From: Anaerolineales bacterium
GTDB lineage: Bacteria > Chloroflexota > Anaerolineae > Anaerolineales > UBA4823
Assembly (NCBI GenBank): GCA_046259385.1
Contig: JBJYWI010000006.1
Span: 25,617-89,616, forward strand
Reading direction: 5' to 3'
DNA: 64,000 nt
Shown here piece by piece: positions 19,409-30,915 of this stretch. Every line of letters begins with the position of its first letter. Positions within the stretch are counted from its first letter, which is position 1. A program made the translations under genes and the position numbers. The notes below the pieces were generated by a model that saw only the letters and a list, made by a program, of their open reading frames with translations, did not search any database and was not told the DNA's origin.

Positions 19409-19863
19409 TGAACCTCATTTACTCTAAACAATCATCCTTTCAAATTAATCCAAGGCGCTTGATCGTGAAGATGAAACGTCGATCAATCCAATTGATTGCA
19501 TAAATACTTCATTCCGCAAGAATCTCGTTGTTTAGCCGTAACCCTGCATTATAGCACAAATGTTTTATTTATTACCCTGCCAGAAATGGATAATAGGCAA
19601 AACTATATTATACCAACCCGGGACCATTCGCTCCAAAATCGAATATTGATGATGCATTCTATTGGTAAAAATTATCAAGAAGGGACATAAGCACCGCGTT
19701 TTTCTACACTCGAGCTGTAACAAGTGGAAATCCATAATATTCATCTTCCTGAATTCGCATATAATAGACCTCAAGTTGGTTTTAATCCGGCTGTTATTTG
19801 GGGTAACCAGGAGATATAAATCCAGCTGAAATTCCCAGTTTTTTCTTCCAGGAGGAGGTAAGG

Positions 19864-20748
19864 ATGAAAGACTTAAAAAAACGCAGCAGATCTTTGTTCC
19901 TGTTTGGTTGTGTTCTGCTCTCTGTTTCACTTGCCTGCAGCATTTTTGGCGGATCTTCAGAAGAGGAGGATCTACGCGGAACCCAGATTGCTCTTGCGGT
20001 TACTGCAACTGCGCTTCAGGCTGCCGCGAATCAGCCGGCTCAAACCCAACAGTCGGTAGAACCGCCCCAGGAGACAGAGCCGCCCGAACCTGAACAGCCA
20101 GTCGAGACCGAACCGCCGGCTCCGGCTGAACCCAGCGCGCCGACCATCAGCGCCAGCGTAAACACGAACTGCCGTAAAGGGCCCAGCCAGGATTATGAGG
20201 TCCTGGGTTACCTGTTGAAAAATCAGACTTCAACAGTTGTGGGAAAGGACGAGTCCGGCAACTGGTGGGTTATCGAAAATCCCGATAAACCCGGTGAAAA
20301 ATGCTGGGTCTGGTCGGAGACGACCACTGTCACCGGTGATACCAGCGCTATACCGGAAATTGAACCCCCTCCCCTGCCGGATGTCGAAGTCGCGGTTGGA
20401 TTTTCAACATTTACAATGTGCGGCACTGAACCGGCACTCTATTTTCAGATCGACAACAGCAGCGGACCGGATCTTGAATCTGTTAGGTTAACGATCCAAG
20501 ATTTGACCGAAGGCGATACCGTTTTTGGTCCTGAACAGAGCAACAGCCCATTTCTTGGATCAGACAGCGACTGCCCGCCCGGGGTAGGCACCCTGCCTGC
20601 AGGAGCGGTTGGCTACATCGCGGGTAAAGTAACCCGTCTAAGCCTTCCAGCTTCGATGATGCAGGCTACTATAAAAGTATGCACCCAGGAGAATCTTGCA
20701 GGTTCTTGCGGAGAAAAAACGATTCAATTCACCATGCCCGCCCCATAG
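19864..20748 (+). CDS. Secreted SH3b-domain protein, paralog 1
   Basis: Signal-like N-terminus, E/P-rich linker, SH3b core NTNCRKGPSQDYEVLGYLLKNQTSTVVGKDESGNWWVIENP...CWVW, and a C-terminal 4-Cys beta domain. Confidence 0.6.
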   Translation: MKDLKKRSRSLFLFGCVLLSVSLACSIFGGSSEEEDLRGTQIALAVTATALQAAANQPAQTQQSVEPPQETEPPEPEQPVETEPPAPAEPSAPTISASVNTNCRKGPSQDYEVLGYLLKNQTSTVVGKDESGNWWVIENPDKPGEKCWVWSETTTVTGDTSAIPEIEPPPLPDVEVAVGFSTFTMCGTEPALYFQIDNSSGPDLESVRLTIQDLTEGDTVFGPEQSNSPFLGSDSDCPPGVGTLPAGAVGYIAGKVTRLSLPASMMQATIKVCTQENLAGSCGEKTIQFTMPAP

Positions 20749-20763
20749 AACAAAAGAAAGGAC

Positions 20764-21654
20764 ATGACCCCCAAACAAATACTATGGGCTGTGATCCTGG
20801 TGCTGGTTGCAGTGATCATCTGCCTGATTGTCGGGTTCGGCGCATACATCTATTTAAACCAGCGCGGGCAAACAAATCAAGGCGGGCCAACAAGCACCAC
20901 TCTGGTATTGACCGCAAACGCCCTATCTCTCAGGCAAACCGCCGCTGCGGGTCAACCAGCCCCTGTCGAAGAGACCCAGCAGGTTCCGGAAGTCACCCAG
21001 GAAGGCAGTCAACCAGCCATAACCGAACCTCTATCGGATGTGCCCACGATCAGCGCCGATGAAAACACCAACTGCCGCCTCGGCCCCAGCCAACTGTACG
21101 ACATTGTTGGTTACCTGCTGACCAATCAGGAATCAATTGTCGCCGGGCGCAATTCTGAAAGCAACTGGTGGTACATTGAGAACCCCGCAAAACCAGGCGC
21201 TTTCTGTTGGGTGTGGGGTGGGACAACCAGTGTGCAGGGAGAGACAAGTGCCCTTGAGGTAGTTGAACCCCCGCCCCCGCCTGAAAACCCGGAGATTGCA
21301 TTCGGGGCTGCCTTCACCAGAGTACTGTTGTGCGATGGCTCTTCCGCAGCCATGATTCAGGTTATCAATACTGGACAGACTCCCTTTGAATCCGTCAGGG
21401 TCAATATTCAAAATCTTGACACGGACGTCGCAAACACAGGGACTCTTTTTCCCAATACACCATTCACACAGTCCGCCTCGGTTTGCCCTCCCGGTGAAAC
21501 CACCCTGCTTCCTGGTGAAGGGGCGTATATTGGCTCGGCTTTTTCCGGTATGTCCCCGGTTACCAACACGTACAAAGCCACCATCACTTTATGCACTGAA
21601 GACAACAACCTGGGTGAATGTGTGGTCCAGGTATTGGAATTCGATCACCCCTAA
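20764..21654 (+). CDS. Membrane-anchored SH3b-domain protein, paralog 2
   Basis: N-terminal TM helix and the same architecture as 19864..20748 (NTNCRLGPSQLYDIVGYLLTNQESIVAGRNSESNWWYIENP...CWVW). Confidence 0.6.
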   Translation: MTPKQILWAVILVLVAVIICLIVGFGAYIYLNQRGQTNQGGPTSTTLVLTANALSLRQTAAAGQPAPVEETQQVPEVTQEGSQPAITEPLSDVPTISADENTNCRLGPSQLYDIVGYLLTNQESIVAGRNSESNWWYIENPAKPGAFCWVWGGTTSVQGETSALEVVEPPPPPENPEIAFGAAFTRVLLCDGSSAAMIQVINTGQTPFESVRVNIQNLDTDVANTGTLFPNTPFTQSASVCPPGETTLLPGEGAYIGSAFSGMSPVTNTYKATITLCTEDNNLGECVVQVLEFDHP

Positions 21655-21917
21655 ATTGATCTCACCAAACAAGCCAGGTTTCTACTGCATTCCCAGAAAG
21701 AGTGCTGCTCCTTCACTATTGAACCCTGTACTTGTTTCGCCTGCCCCAGTTGTATTCAACCCAAATACTATAAATGAGGAGCAGCGTTACATCCACTCCT
21801 GTCATTTCCGCGGCTGGTGTAAATGCCTGCTTCAGAACCCCTTGCAACCCTGCGGGTATGTTAGAGGCGAAACTTTCTTTTTACGTTCAAATTCTTCACC
21901 GGGTTTATAATTCATCC

Positions 21918-23603
21918 ATGCCCGATTCACCCATTGGCAGGAAAACTGTGGTCGGTTTGATCATTATTCTGGCTGGATTGGCGGTATTGTTGGCACTGCC
22001 CAGATTCATTGCACCGGGAAGATTCGTCACCGCCGATGAACCGAGCTGGGGGAAAAGGTCAGCAAACTTCTTCTATGCAATCTCGCATGGGGATTACGCT
22101 TCTACCTACCAGTCCGGTCATCCGGGTGTCACCACTTACTGGATTGGCTCCGCTGCCTACAAGCTCCGGTTTCCGAAGTATAGCCGGGTGGGGCAAACTT
22201 CACTCGGCGACACAAAACTGCTCGAACTTTTTAGGAGGCACGGACCGCCATTAATTCAGGTTCTGTCCACTGCCCGGACTATTCAGGCAGCCGTTATTAT
22301 TTTTACTCTGCTGGTCAGTTTTTTTTACGCCAGTTCTGTTTTTAATTTCTGGTACGCCTTACCCGGCTTTTTTATCATTGCCCTTGACCCTTTCCACATA
22401 GCCCACTCGCGCGTCTTCCATACCAACGGGTTGATCAGCAGTTTTCTATTCCTGGCTCTGCTCTCCTACCTGTTCTTCCTGAAAGAAAACCGCTGGCATG
22501 GGTTGATTGTTTCAAGTATTGCTACAAGCTTGGCTATCTTAACCGTAACACAGGGGTTGATTTTCCTTCCGGTAATTGGTCTGATCACTTTTCTGGAATT
22601 CTGGATGCACAGGAGCAGCCTGGAAGAACCTTGGCTTAGAAATGCCTCCAAAAAATATTTATTCCCATTTATTTTCTGGATCGCATTAATTGGAATAGTC
22701 TTCTTCCTCCTCTGGCCGGCCATGTGGGTTTCTCCCCTTGATTCGATAGCTTACCTGTTCAACGACACATTCAAGGCAACAGTCGGGGTTATTAATGTAA
22801 GTGAAAACGCACAAGGATCCTCATCAACAAATCCGGTGTTGTTCTACATCAAAGCTTTTCTATGGCGTAGTACCATCCTGGTCTGGATCGGTTGTAGTCT
22901 GACTTTGTTTTATATCTTACGGAAAAATCCCCCTTCCCTAGTGCGTGCACAGCGAAAAAATGTAATCTATTTGATTCTTTTTGTGATTATCTTCACCTTG
23001 GTAATGAGTTTGGGCGCAAAAAAATACGACCGCTACCTCCTCCCTGTTTTTCCGCCATTGGATCTAATTGCCGGAATCGGCTGGATTGTCGCTGCAGATT
23101 GGTTGAATACTCGATTTTTTAACCTGCAGTCGAATTTAATGCGTTACGGTACCATCGCGATTCTGCTGTTTGTACAGCTCATGGTGATCATCCCGCACCA
23201 CCCGTATTACCTGACCTATTTCAATCCAATTTTGGGAAGTCCTGAAGAAGTGATCAGGGACAACATGGATACTGGCTGGGGTGAAGGTCTCAGCGAGGCT
23301 GCTATTTACCTACGCCAGAAACCAGAAATTCAGGACAACAGGGTGATCGCCTGGTTCCCGCTGGCCTTTAACTGGTACAGCGCCTCGCTGGGCTTTACCG
23401 CCGACCCCATATATCTGGATAATGAAATCAGTGATTGGCGCCTCAAGGATTATTTATCCGCAGATTATGCGGTGATTTATATCAATCAGTGGCAGCGCAA
23501 TTATCCAAAAAAGCTGATGGATCACCTGGAAAATCTCTCCCCGGAACACACCGTCAGTATCAACGGTATAGATTATGTCAGAATTTACAACCTGAATAAA
23601 TAA
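21918..23603 (+). CDS. GT39/ArnT-like (PMT_2) integral-membrane glycosyltransferase
   Basis: Many TM helices with a DEPSW motif in the first loop. ATG 21918 is preferred over the ORF-track start 21774. Confidence 0.65.
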   Translation: MPDSPIGRKTVVGLIIILAGLAVLLALPRFIAPGRFVTADEPSWGKRSANFFYAISHGDYASTYQSGHPGVTTYWIGSAAYKLRFPKYSRVGQTSLGDTKLLELFRRHGPPLIQVLSTARTIQAAVIIFTLLVSFFYASSVFNFWYALPGFFIIALDPFHIAHSRVFHTNGLISSFLFLALLSYLFFLKENRWHGLIVSSIATSLAILTVTQGLIFLPVIGLITFLEFWMHRSSLEEPWLRNASKKYLFPFIFWIALIGIVFFLLWPAMWVSPLDSIAYLFNDTFKATVGVINVSENAQGSSSTNPVLFYIKAFLWRSTILVWIGCSLTLFYILRKNPPSLVRAQRKNVIYLILFVIIFTLVMSLGAKKYDRYLLPVFPPLDLIAGIGWIVAADWLNTRFFNLQSNLMRYGTIAILLFVQLMVIIPHHPYYLTYFNPILGSPEEVIRDNMDTGWGEGLSEAAIYLRQKPEIQDNRVIAWFPLAFNWYSASLGFTADPIYLDNEISDWRLKDYLSADYAVIYINQWQRNYPKKLMDHLENLSPEHTVSINGIDYVRIYNLNK

Positions 23604-23611
23604 ATCTGGAC

Positions 23612-24121
23612 CTAATTGCCTTCCGACCAGGTTTTGTACGCTGTTTCAATCGCAGACGCCAGTTCTTCCGCCCGCCGCGAGCCAATCAGAACAATCCGAC
23701 CGTCCTTTAAAACAAGTTCCACCCCGCAGTTACCGCTGATATTATATGCCCGGTTATTCCCCAGGCCGCGTAATCCCCAGCCCCCGTATTCTCCCAGCGG
23801 CGAATAGGTGCGCGCTTTGAATCGGGCGATCTGTTCTAATGGGATAACCCGCCGGGTGAACGGGCGGAAATATATCTCCACTGAATCCGCGGATACTGTT
23901 ACCACCAGTTTCACGGACAGGATAAAAAGCGGAAGTCCGATCCCGGTCAACAACCAAACAAGTACAACCATCCAATCCGGACCAGGGTTTATCCCATAGG
24001 GCTGGCCGATTACAATCTGCTGGAAAAATCCCCACCAGCCAAGCACAATCCCGATCATAACCAGCATCCAGACCCACCACTGGCTTATTTTCTGTTCTTC
24101 ATGGAAATTTAGATGCATCAT
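23612..24121 (-). CDS. Hypothetical membrane protein (2-3 TM plus a soluble C-terminal domain)
   Basis: Coding-looking ORF with W-rich TM helices. No family recognised. Confidence 0.45.
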   Translation of the reverse strand: MMHLNFHEEQKISQWWVWMLVMIGIVLGWWGFFQQIVIGQPYGINPGPDWMVVLVWLLTGIGLPLFILSVKLVVTVSADSVEIYFRPFTRRVIPLEQIARFKARTYSPLGEYGGWGLRGLGNNRAYNISGNCGVELVLKDGRIVLIGSRRAEELASAIETAYKTWSEGN

Positions 24122-24482
24122 TTTGTTCTAATTCCTTTTCCAGATACTTGATATAACGCCAGATCAACAGTAAGATCAAAACGACCCCTGTGATTAATAT
24201 AACAACCATACAATACGAATAAATCTCTTCATCAAATCCTAATTGCAAAATAACAGATAACATAGGCAGTAATACCCCTACCTCCAGCACTGCAACCCCA
24301 TAAGCCAGCAATAGTTTACCTCCAAAGCGGTTCGCCGGGTACCAGATGCGGGTGTTATTGAGAGTTAGCGTGAAACGGAAACCATACCAGCGATTGGGTT
24401 TCACATACTCCAATATGAGCGGGATTGATAGAGCGATTAACAAAATCCCAATCCCGGCAAATAAAATGAACTGGGTGGTCAT
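24099..24482 (-). CDS. SdpI/YhfL-family membrane protein
   Basis: PNRWYGFRFTLTLNNTRIWYPANRFGG pattern, 4 TM. Confidence 0.6.
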   Translation of the reverse strand: MTTQFILFAGIGILLIALSIPLILEYVKPNRWYGFRFTLTLNNTRIWYPANRFGGKLLLAYGVAVLEVGVLLPMLSVILQLGFDEEIYSYCMVVILITGVVLILLLIWRYIKYLEKELEQNDASKFP

Positions 24483-24530
24483 AATCTGGACACCGAAAAT
24501 TCTCCCAAAACAATTATAGCGGGTACCGTG

Positions 24531-24567
24531 GATAAGAAAAAATACCCCGGCATTTAGCTTGCCGGGG
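24531..24567 (-). terminator. Rho-independent terminator after clpC
   Basis: 8-bp stem CCCCGGCA(24545-24552)/TGCCGGGG(24560-24567). On the minus strand it is followed by TATTTTTTCTT. Confidence 0.65.
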
Positions 24568-24589
24568 CATAAAACTCACCTTTCCAGAA

Positions 24590-27076
<2,487 letters not shown>

Positions 27077-27257
27077 TTTTTATCTATCCTTTACTAATTC
27101 TGCTTACCTTTAATTAATCACACCAGTTGGTGCAATAATCTCGCCATAATTTGTACAGACAAATTGGTGGAAAATTCGTTTTGGCATTATAACATTTGGG
27201 TTGTTTGCAACACGCTAGCAGGACATTAGAAATTTATATAAAAGATCCAGGAAGTTA

Positions 27258-28751
27258 TTAAGGTGAAATAGGTGTAACAGTCCCACTCGCCTCAACCGTA
27301 CTGGTGGGGGTATAAGTAACCTTGACCAGATATATCTGGGGTATCCAGCCGATTCTCCCTTCCTGATCCCGCACTTTAACCCAAACAATTCCATCCCTGA
27401 TCTCCTCCCCGTATAGAACAATGAAAGGCTGCCCGGGCCGCACCTGCGCGATCTCAGGACCACCTGGCTCCTGCCTCAGCGACAACCCCGGAACACCTGT
27501 TCTGGCAGCCTGCGCCAGAGCTGGCGTCGGGGTATATGTTGAGGTAGGTTTTTCCGTCGCAGTGGGAGTGGAGGTATATGTGCTGGTAGCTGTCGCTGTT
27601 ACAGTAGGTGTCCGGGTTGCGGTTGCAGTTAGGGTTGGGCTCGGCCCCGGGGTGAATGTACGGGTCGCGGTTGCGGTCGCAGAAGGGGTCGGCAGCACCA
27701 GCGGATCAAGTTGAGCAGCCAGTATCTGGCTGATTAAAATTGCTACCGGCCTGCCTAAACGTTCTGCAATTGCATACTGGAGCTTAACGCTGTCCTCGTA
27801 CCTCAGCAGATGCGGTGTGCGGACAATCAGGTCCAGATTAAGGGTCCCATCCTTTTCTTCTGATGACCATTCCACCAGCTCAACCCCCTCCAATTTCGCA
27901 ACTTCCTCAACGACAACATTTTCGATAATACGGTTCTCTGTCGCTGATTGGAATACCTGATAGCTGAGGTAGCTGAGCGAGCCAAGCAGTATTACAGTGA
28001 TGATAGCAGATACAATCAGGCTGCGCGGGACCCGGTTCTGGCTCTGGGTAAGCGGACCTCTGAAACCCAGACTGAAGAACACCAGTGTTGTCGCAAAAAC
28101 AATCGCGACTGCGTTTGTGATAAACAGGAGCGCCGCGCCACCTGCCACATCCCACCTGCCCAGCGCAAGACCGATTCCAATTGTGCAGAGCGGTGGCATG
28201 ATCGCAGTTGCGATCGCCACTCCAGGCAGAGCTGCCGATATATTTGGCATCGCCAGGGCAAATGCCGCTGCTGCGCCTCCTGCCAGAGCAACCCCTAGAT
28301 CGATCGTACTCGGTACAACTCGGGCGGTTACCTCAGAAGGGAGCTCATACAGCACTACAAATGGTAAATTCTTGTTAACCCAGGTGATAGCAAAGGCGAT
28401 TAGTATTGAAATCAATGCACCCCGGAACACAGATGAAACACTGTCCCGCAGCAGCTTGTCGTCACCCGCGATCGATGCCAATCCCAATCCGATCAGCGGG
28501 GACATCAACGGCGCTACCAGCATTGCCCCAATAATGATCGCGGGCGAATTAACCAGCAAACCCTGAGTGGCAATAATACTGGACAGCACTACCAGTAGGA
28601 AATAATCAAAATCCGGACGGGAATCTTCACGCAGGGTTATCCGTACTTCAGCCCGGCGTTCCTTGCTGATCGGCTTAACCAACTTTCGCCACTGGTAGCG
28701 GATGCGGGCCCAGATTGATAGTTGGGGAGGCTTATCGCTCATTACCGGCAT
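27258..28751 (-). CDS. DUF389-family membrane protein fused to a T/P/A-rich linker and a C-terminal SH3b-like domain
   Basis: The membrane core has GAMLVAPLMSPLIGLGLA. The linker reads PTPSATATATRTFTPGPSPTLTATATRTPTVTATATSTYTSTP. The C-terminus is GLSLRQEPGGPEIAQVRPGQPFIVLYGEEIRDGIVWVKVRDQEGRIGWIP. Confidence 0.7.
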   Translation of the reverse strand: MPVMSDKPPQLSIWARIRYQWRKLVKPISKERRAEVRITLREDSRPDFDYFLLVVLSSIIATQGLLVNSPAIIIGAMLVAPLMSPLIGLGLASIAGDDKLLRDSVSSVFRGALISILIAFAITWVNKNLPFVVLYELPSEVTARVVPSTIDLGVALAGGAAAAFALAMPNISAALPGVAIATAIMPPLCTIGIGLALGRWDVAGGAALLFITNAVAIVFATTLVFFSLGFRGPLTQSQNRVPRSLIVSAIITVILLGSLSYLSYQVFQSATENRIIENVVVEEVAKLEGVELVEWSSEEKDGTLNLDLIVRTPHLLRYEDSVKLQYAIAERLGRPVAILISQILAAQLDPLVLPTPSATATATRTFTPGPSPTLTATATRTPTVTATATSTYTSTPTATEKPTSTYTPTPALAQAARTGVPGLSLRQEPGGPEIAQVRPGQPFIVLYGEEIRDGIVWVKVRDQEGRIGWIPQIYLVKVTYTPTSTVEASGTVTPISP

Positions 28752-28983
28752 TTTTAAAACCTATCCATATTGTATCCGTAGATTCTATATACTATAATTC
28801 AATTCTATACATATTAATTATCCAGAATCGAATAGCAAGTTGGATGCCAGATTTCAACGGCTGGAACCAATCCAGTACAATGTTCGTCTAATATTCAGGC
28901 TTGGATAATGCAACACTTTCCTTTTGCCTGAGACAAAATATTAAACTATAGAGAAAAACACAAAATCCAATAAGGAGATAGTA

Positions 28984-29739
28984 ATGCGCAGCAAAATTTT
29001 ATTCACTTCTAGTTTGTTGTTGTTTGCAGTTCTCTTGAGTGCTTGCTCTGGAGTGGCCGCCGCACAATCCACTTCCGAGGAATCCAACGACGTTACACAA
29101 ATGCCTCCCCGGACAATAACGGTAACTGGGAGCGGCAAGACGGTGCTCTCCCCTGACATCGCATACATCAACATCGGTGTACAGACGGAGGGGAAAGACG
29201 CAGCCCAGGCAGTTTCTGATAACAACCAGAACACCCAGCAGGTAATCGACGCTTTGCTTGCGACCGGTGTGGCTGAAGAAGACATTCAGACCACAAATTT
29301 CAATATATATCCAAGACAGGAATACGATCCCCAGGGGCAGCCGACCGGTGAAATTACATATGTAGTTAATAACACCGTGTATGTGACTGTGCGCGATCTC
29401 GATCAGGTCGGAGACCTGCTCAATACGGCAGTAGCATCCGGGGCCAATACCATTCACGGTATCCAGTTTGACGTCGCTGATAATGCTGAAGCACTTTCGG
29501 ATGCCCGGGTTGCGGCTATCAAAAACGCGGAGACCATCGCCTCTGAATTAGCCAACGCAGCCGGGGTGACCCTTGGAGAGATACACAGCATCAGCACGCT
29601 GACAGGAGGCTATCCAGTTCCCATGTTTGAGGGACGCGGCGGCGGTGGCACCCCTGTAATGGCTGAAGCCGCGGTTCCCATCTCCCCCGGCCAGATGATC
29701 GTTACGGTCGATGTGACAGTGATTTATCTGATTGAGTAA
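28984..29739 (+). CDS. SIMPL-domain (DUF541) periplasmic protein
   Basis: Signal/lipobox-like LLSAC, then RTITVTGSGKTVLSPDIAYINIGVQTEG. Confidence 0.8.
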   Translation: MRSKILFTSSLLLFAVLLSACSGVAAAQSTSEESNDVTQMPPRTITVTGSGKTVLSPDIAYINIGVQTEGKDAAQAVSDNNQNTQQVIDALLATGVAEEDIQTTNFNIYPRQEYDPQGQPTGEITYVVNNTVYVTVRDLDQVGDLLNTAVASGANTIHGIQFDVADNAEALSDARVAAIKNAETIASELANAAGVTLGEIHSISTLTGGYPVPMFEGRGGGGTPVMAEAAVPISPGQMIVTVDVTVIYLIE

Positions 29740-29767
29740 AATGGATTGATAACTGCAGCTTTGCCTT

Positions 29768-29835
29768 TAATCCCCTGGTTTTTTTACCCGAACGTCCGAT
29801 ATCCCGGGCAATAACCAGGGGATTATTGGTTTTCT
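29768..29835 (+). terminator. Long-stem hairpin after the SIMPL gene
   Basis: 13-bp stem TAATCCCCTGGTT(29768-29780)/AACCAGGGGATTA(29813-29825) with a 32-nt loop, then TTGGTTTTCTG. Confidence 0.4.
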
Positions 29836-30046
29836 GACCTTATCCAGAACATTCTTTCCCAACCTGCATTCAGGATGCCATGCGCATTTGACCAATCAAT
29901 CACCGTTGATAGCGATTATTTTCCATGCTGAATTCAACATGGTATGATAGTATTCGATGTGCAAAATCGAGAAGAACCTCCTCAACTTCTACCCTCTTTA
30001 AAGATGTAAAATTAAACTTCAAAAATTTTTTTCGCCGGACATTATT

Positions 30047-30913
30047 ATGCAAGTCACGATAGCCCTCGCTCAAATTAATACCCGCCTAGGCGACATAGAC
30101 GCAAACCTCGAACTGCACCTGAGCCTGGTCGAAAAAGCACGCCGAGAAGGAGCAGACCTGCTTGTTTTTCCAGAATTATCCCTGACCGGTTATGTCCTGC
30201 AGGACCTGGTTTCATCTGTCGCAATTAAAGCAAGCCCTGATGAACCGGTTTTCAAGGAATTGCTGGCTGCCAGCCAGGATATTGACCTGGTGGTAGGTTT
30301 CGTGGATGAAGACCCCCGCAACCGTTTTTTTATCGCATCAGCCTACCTGTCTGGGGGAAGAATCCTCCATATCCACCACAAAGTATACCTGCCGACCTAC
30401 GGTCTGTTCGACGAAGGACGTTTCTTCGCATGGGGTGACAATGTTTGCGCATTCGATACCCGGTTCGGCAGATTTGGAATTCTGATCTGCGAGGATTTCT
30501 GGCATGCATCCCCTCCGTATCTACTGTGGTTGGATGGCGCCGATATAATGCTGTTTACTTCCGCCTCGCCGGGCAGAGGATTGAGTGAAGAGCCTTCTTT
30601 GGAATCAGCCCGGTGGGTGGAGCGCATCAACCAGGCTTACGCCAGCCTTTTCACCACTTTTGTGGTTCATTCCAACCGGGCAGGCTATGAAGACGGGCTC
30701 AACTTCTGGGGCGGGTCGACGATCTTTGACCCCAACGGCAAGCTGATCGTGAAAGGGCCTTACCACAAGGAAGATCTGATTGTATCCGCAATTGACCTTG
30801 AGCAACTGCACCGCACCCGCACGCGACTGCCGCTCCTGCGAGACGAAAGGACCACTCTGGCAATGCGCGAAATGATCCGGATTTCCCAGAAAGGAGGTCA
30901 GGTAAATCGATAG
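30047..30913 (+). CDS. Carbon-nitrogen hydrolase (nitrilase superfamily)
   Basis: LVFPELSLTGY and ILICEDFWH carry the catalytic Glu/Cys contexts. Confidence 0.8.
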   Translation: MQVTIALAQINTRLGDIDANLELHLSLVEKARREGADLLVFPELSLTGYVLQDLVSSVAIKASPDEPVFKELLAASQDIDLVVGFVDEDPRNRFFIASAYLSGGRILHIHHKVYLPTYGLFDEGRFFAWGDNVCAFDTRFGRFGILICEDFWHASPPYLLWLDGADIMLFTSASPGRGLSEEPSLESARWVERINQAYASLFTTFVVHSNRAGYEDGLNFWGGSTIFDPNGKLIVKGPYHKEDLIVSAIDLEQLHRTRTRLPLLRDERTTLAMREMIRISQKGGQVNR

Positions 30914-30915
30914 GG

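Noticed and set aside
19409-19863. 455-nt AT-rich divergent intergenic region, inspected for tRNA, tRNA-Sec, known ncRNA signatures and a LexA/Cheo-type box upstream of uvrA
   Set aside because: No cloverleaf-compatible sequence, no conserved ncRNA core motifs and no GAAC-N4-GTTC box were seen. It is most likely just divergent promoters.
21690-21790. 9-bp inverted repeat GCTGCTCCT...AGGAGCAGC with a ~60-nt loop between the SH3b paralog and the GT39 gene
   Set aside because: The stem is short relative to the loop and there is no U-tract. It is probably fortuitous.
27118-27135. Small palindrome CACCAGTTGGTG upstream of clpC, considered as a CtsR/HrcA-type operator
   Set aside because: It matches neither the CtsR heptad repeat nor the CIRCE consensus, and it is too short to interpret.
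27540-27700. Short imperfect DNA repeats (GCGGTTGC / GTCGC-type), considered as a tandem-repeat or CRISPR-like locus
   Set aside because: They are in frame within the DUF389 gene and encode a Thr/Pro/Ala low-complexity linker. There is no spacer-repeat periodicity.
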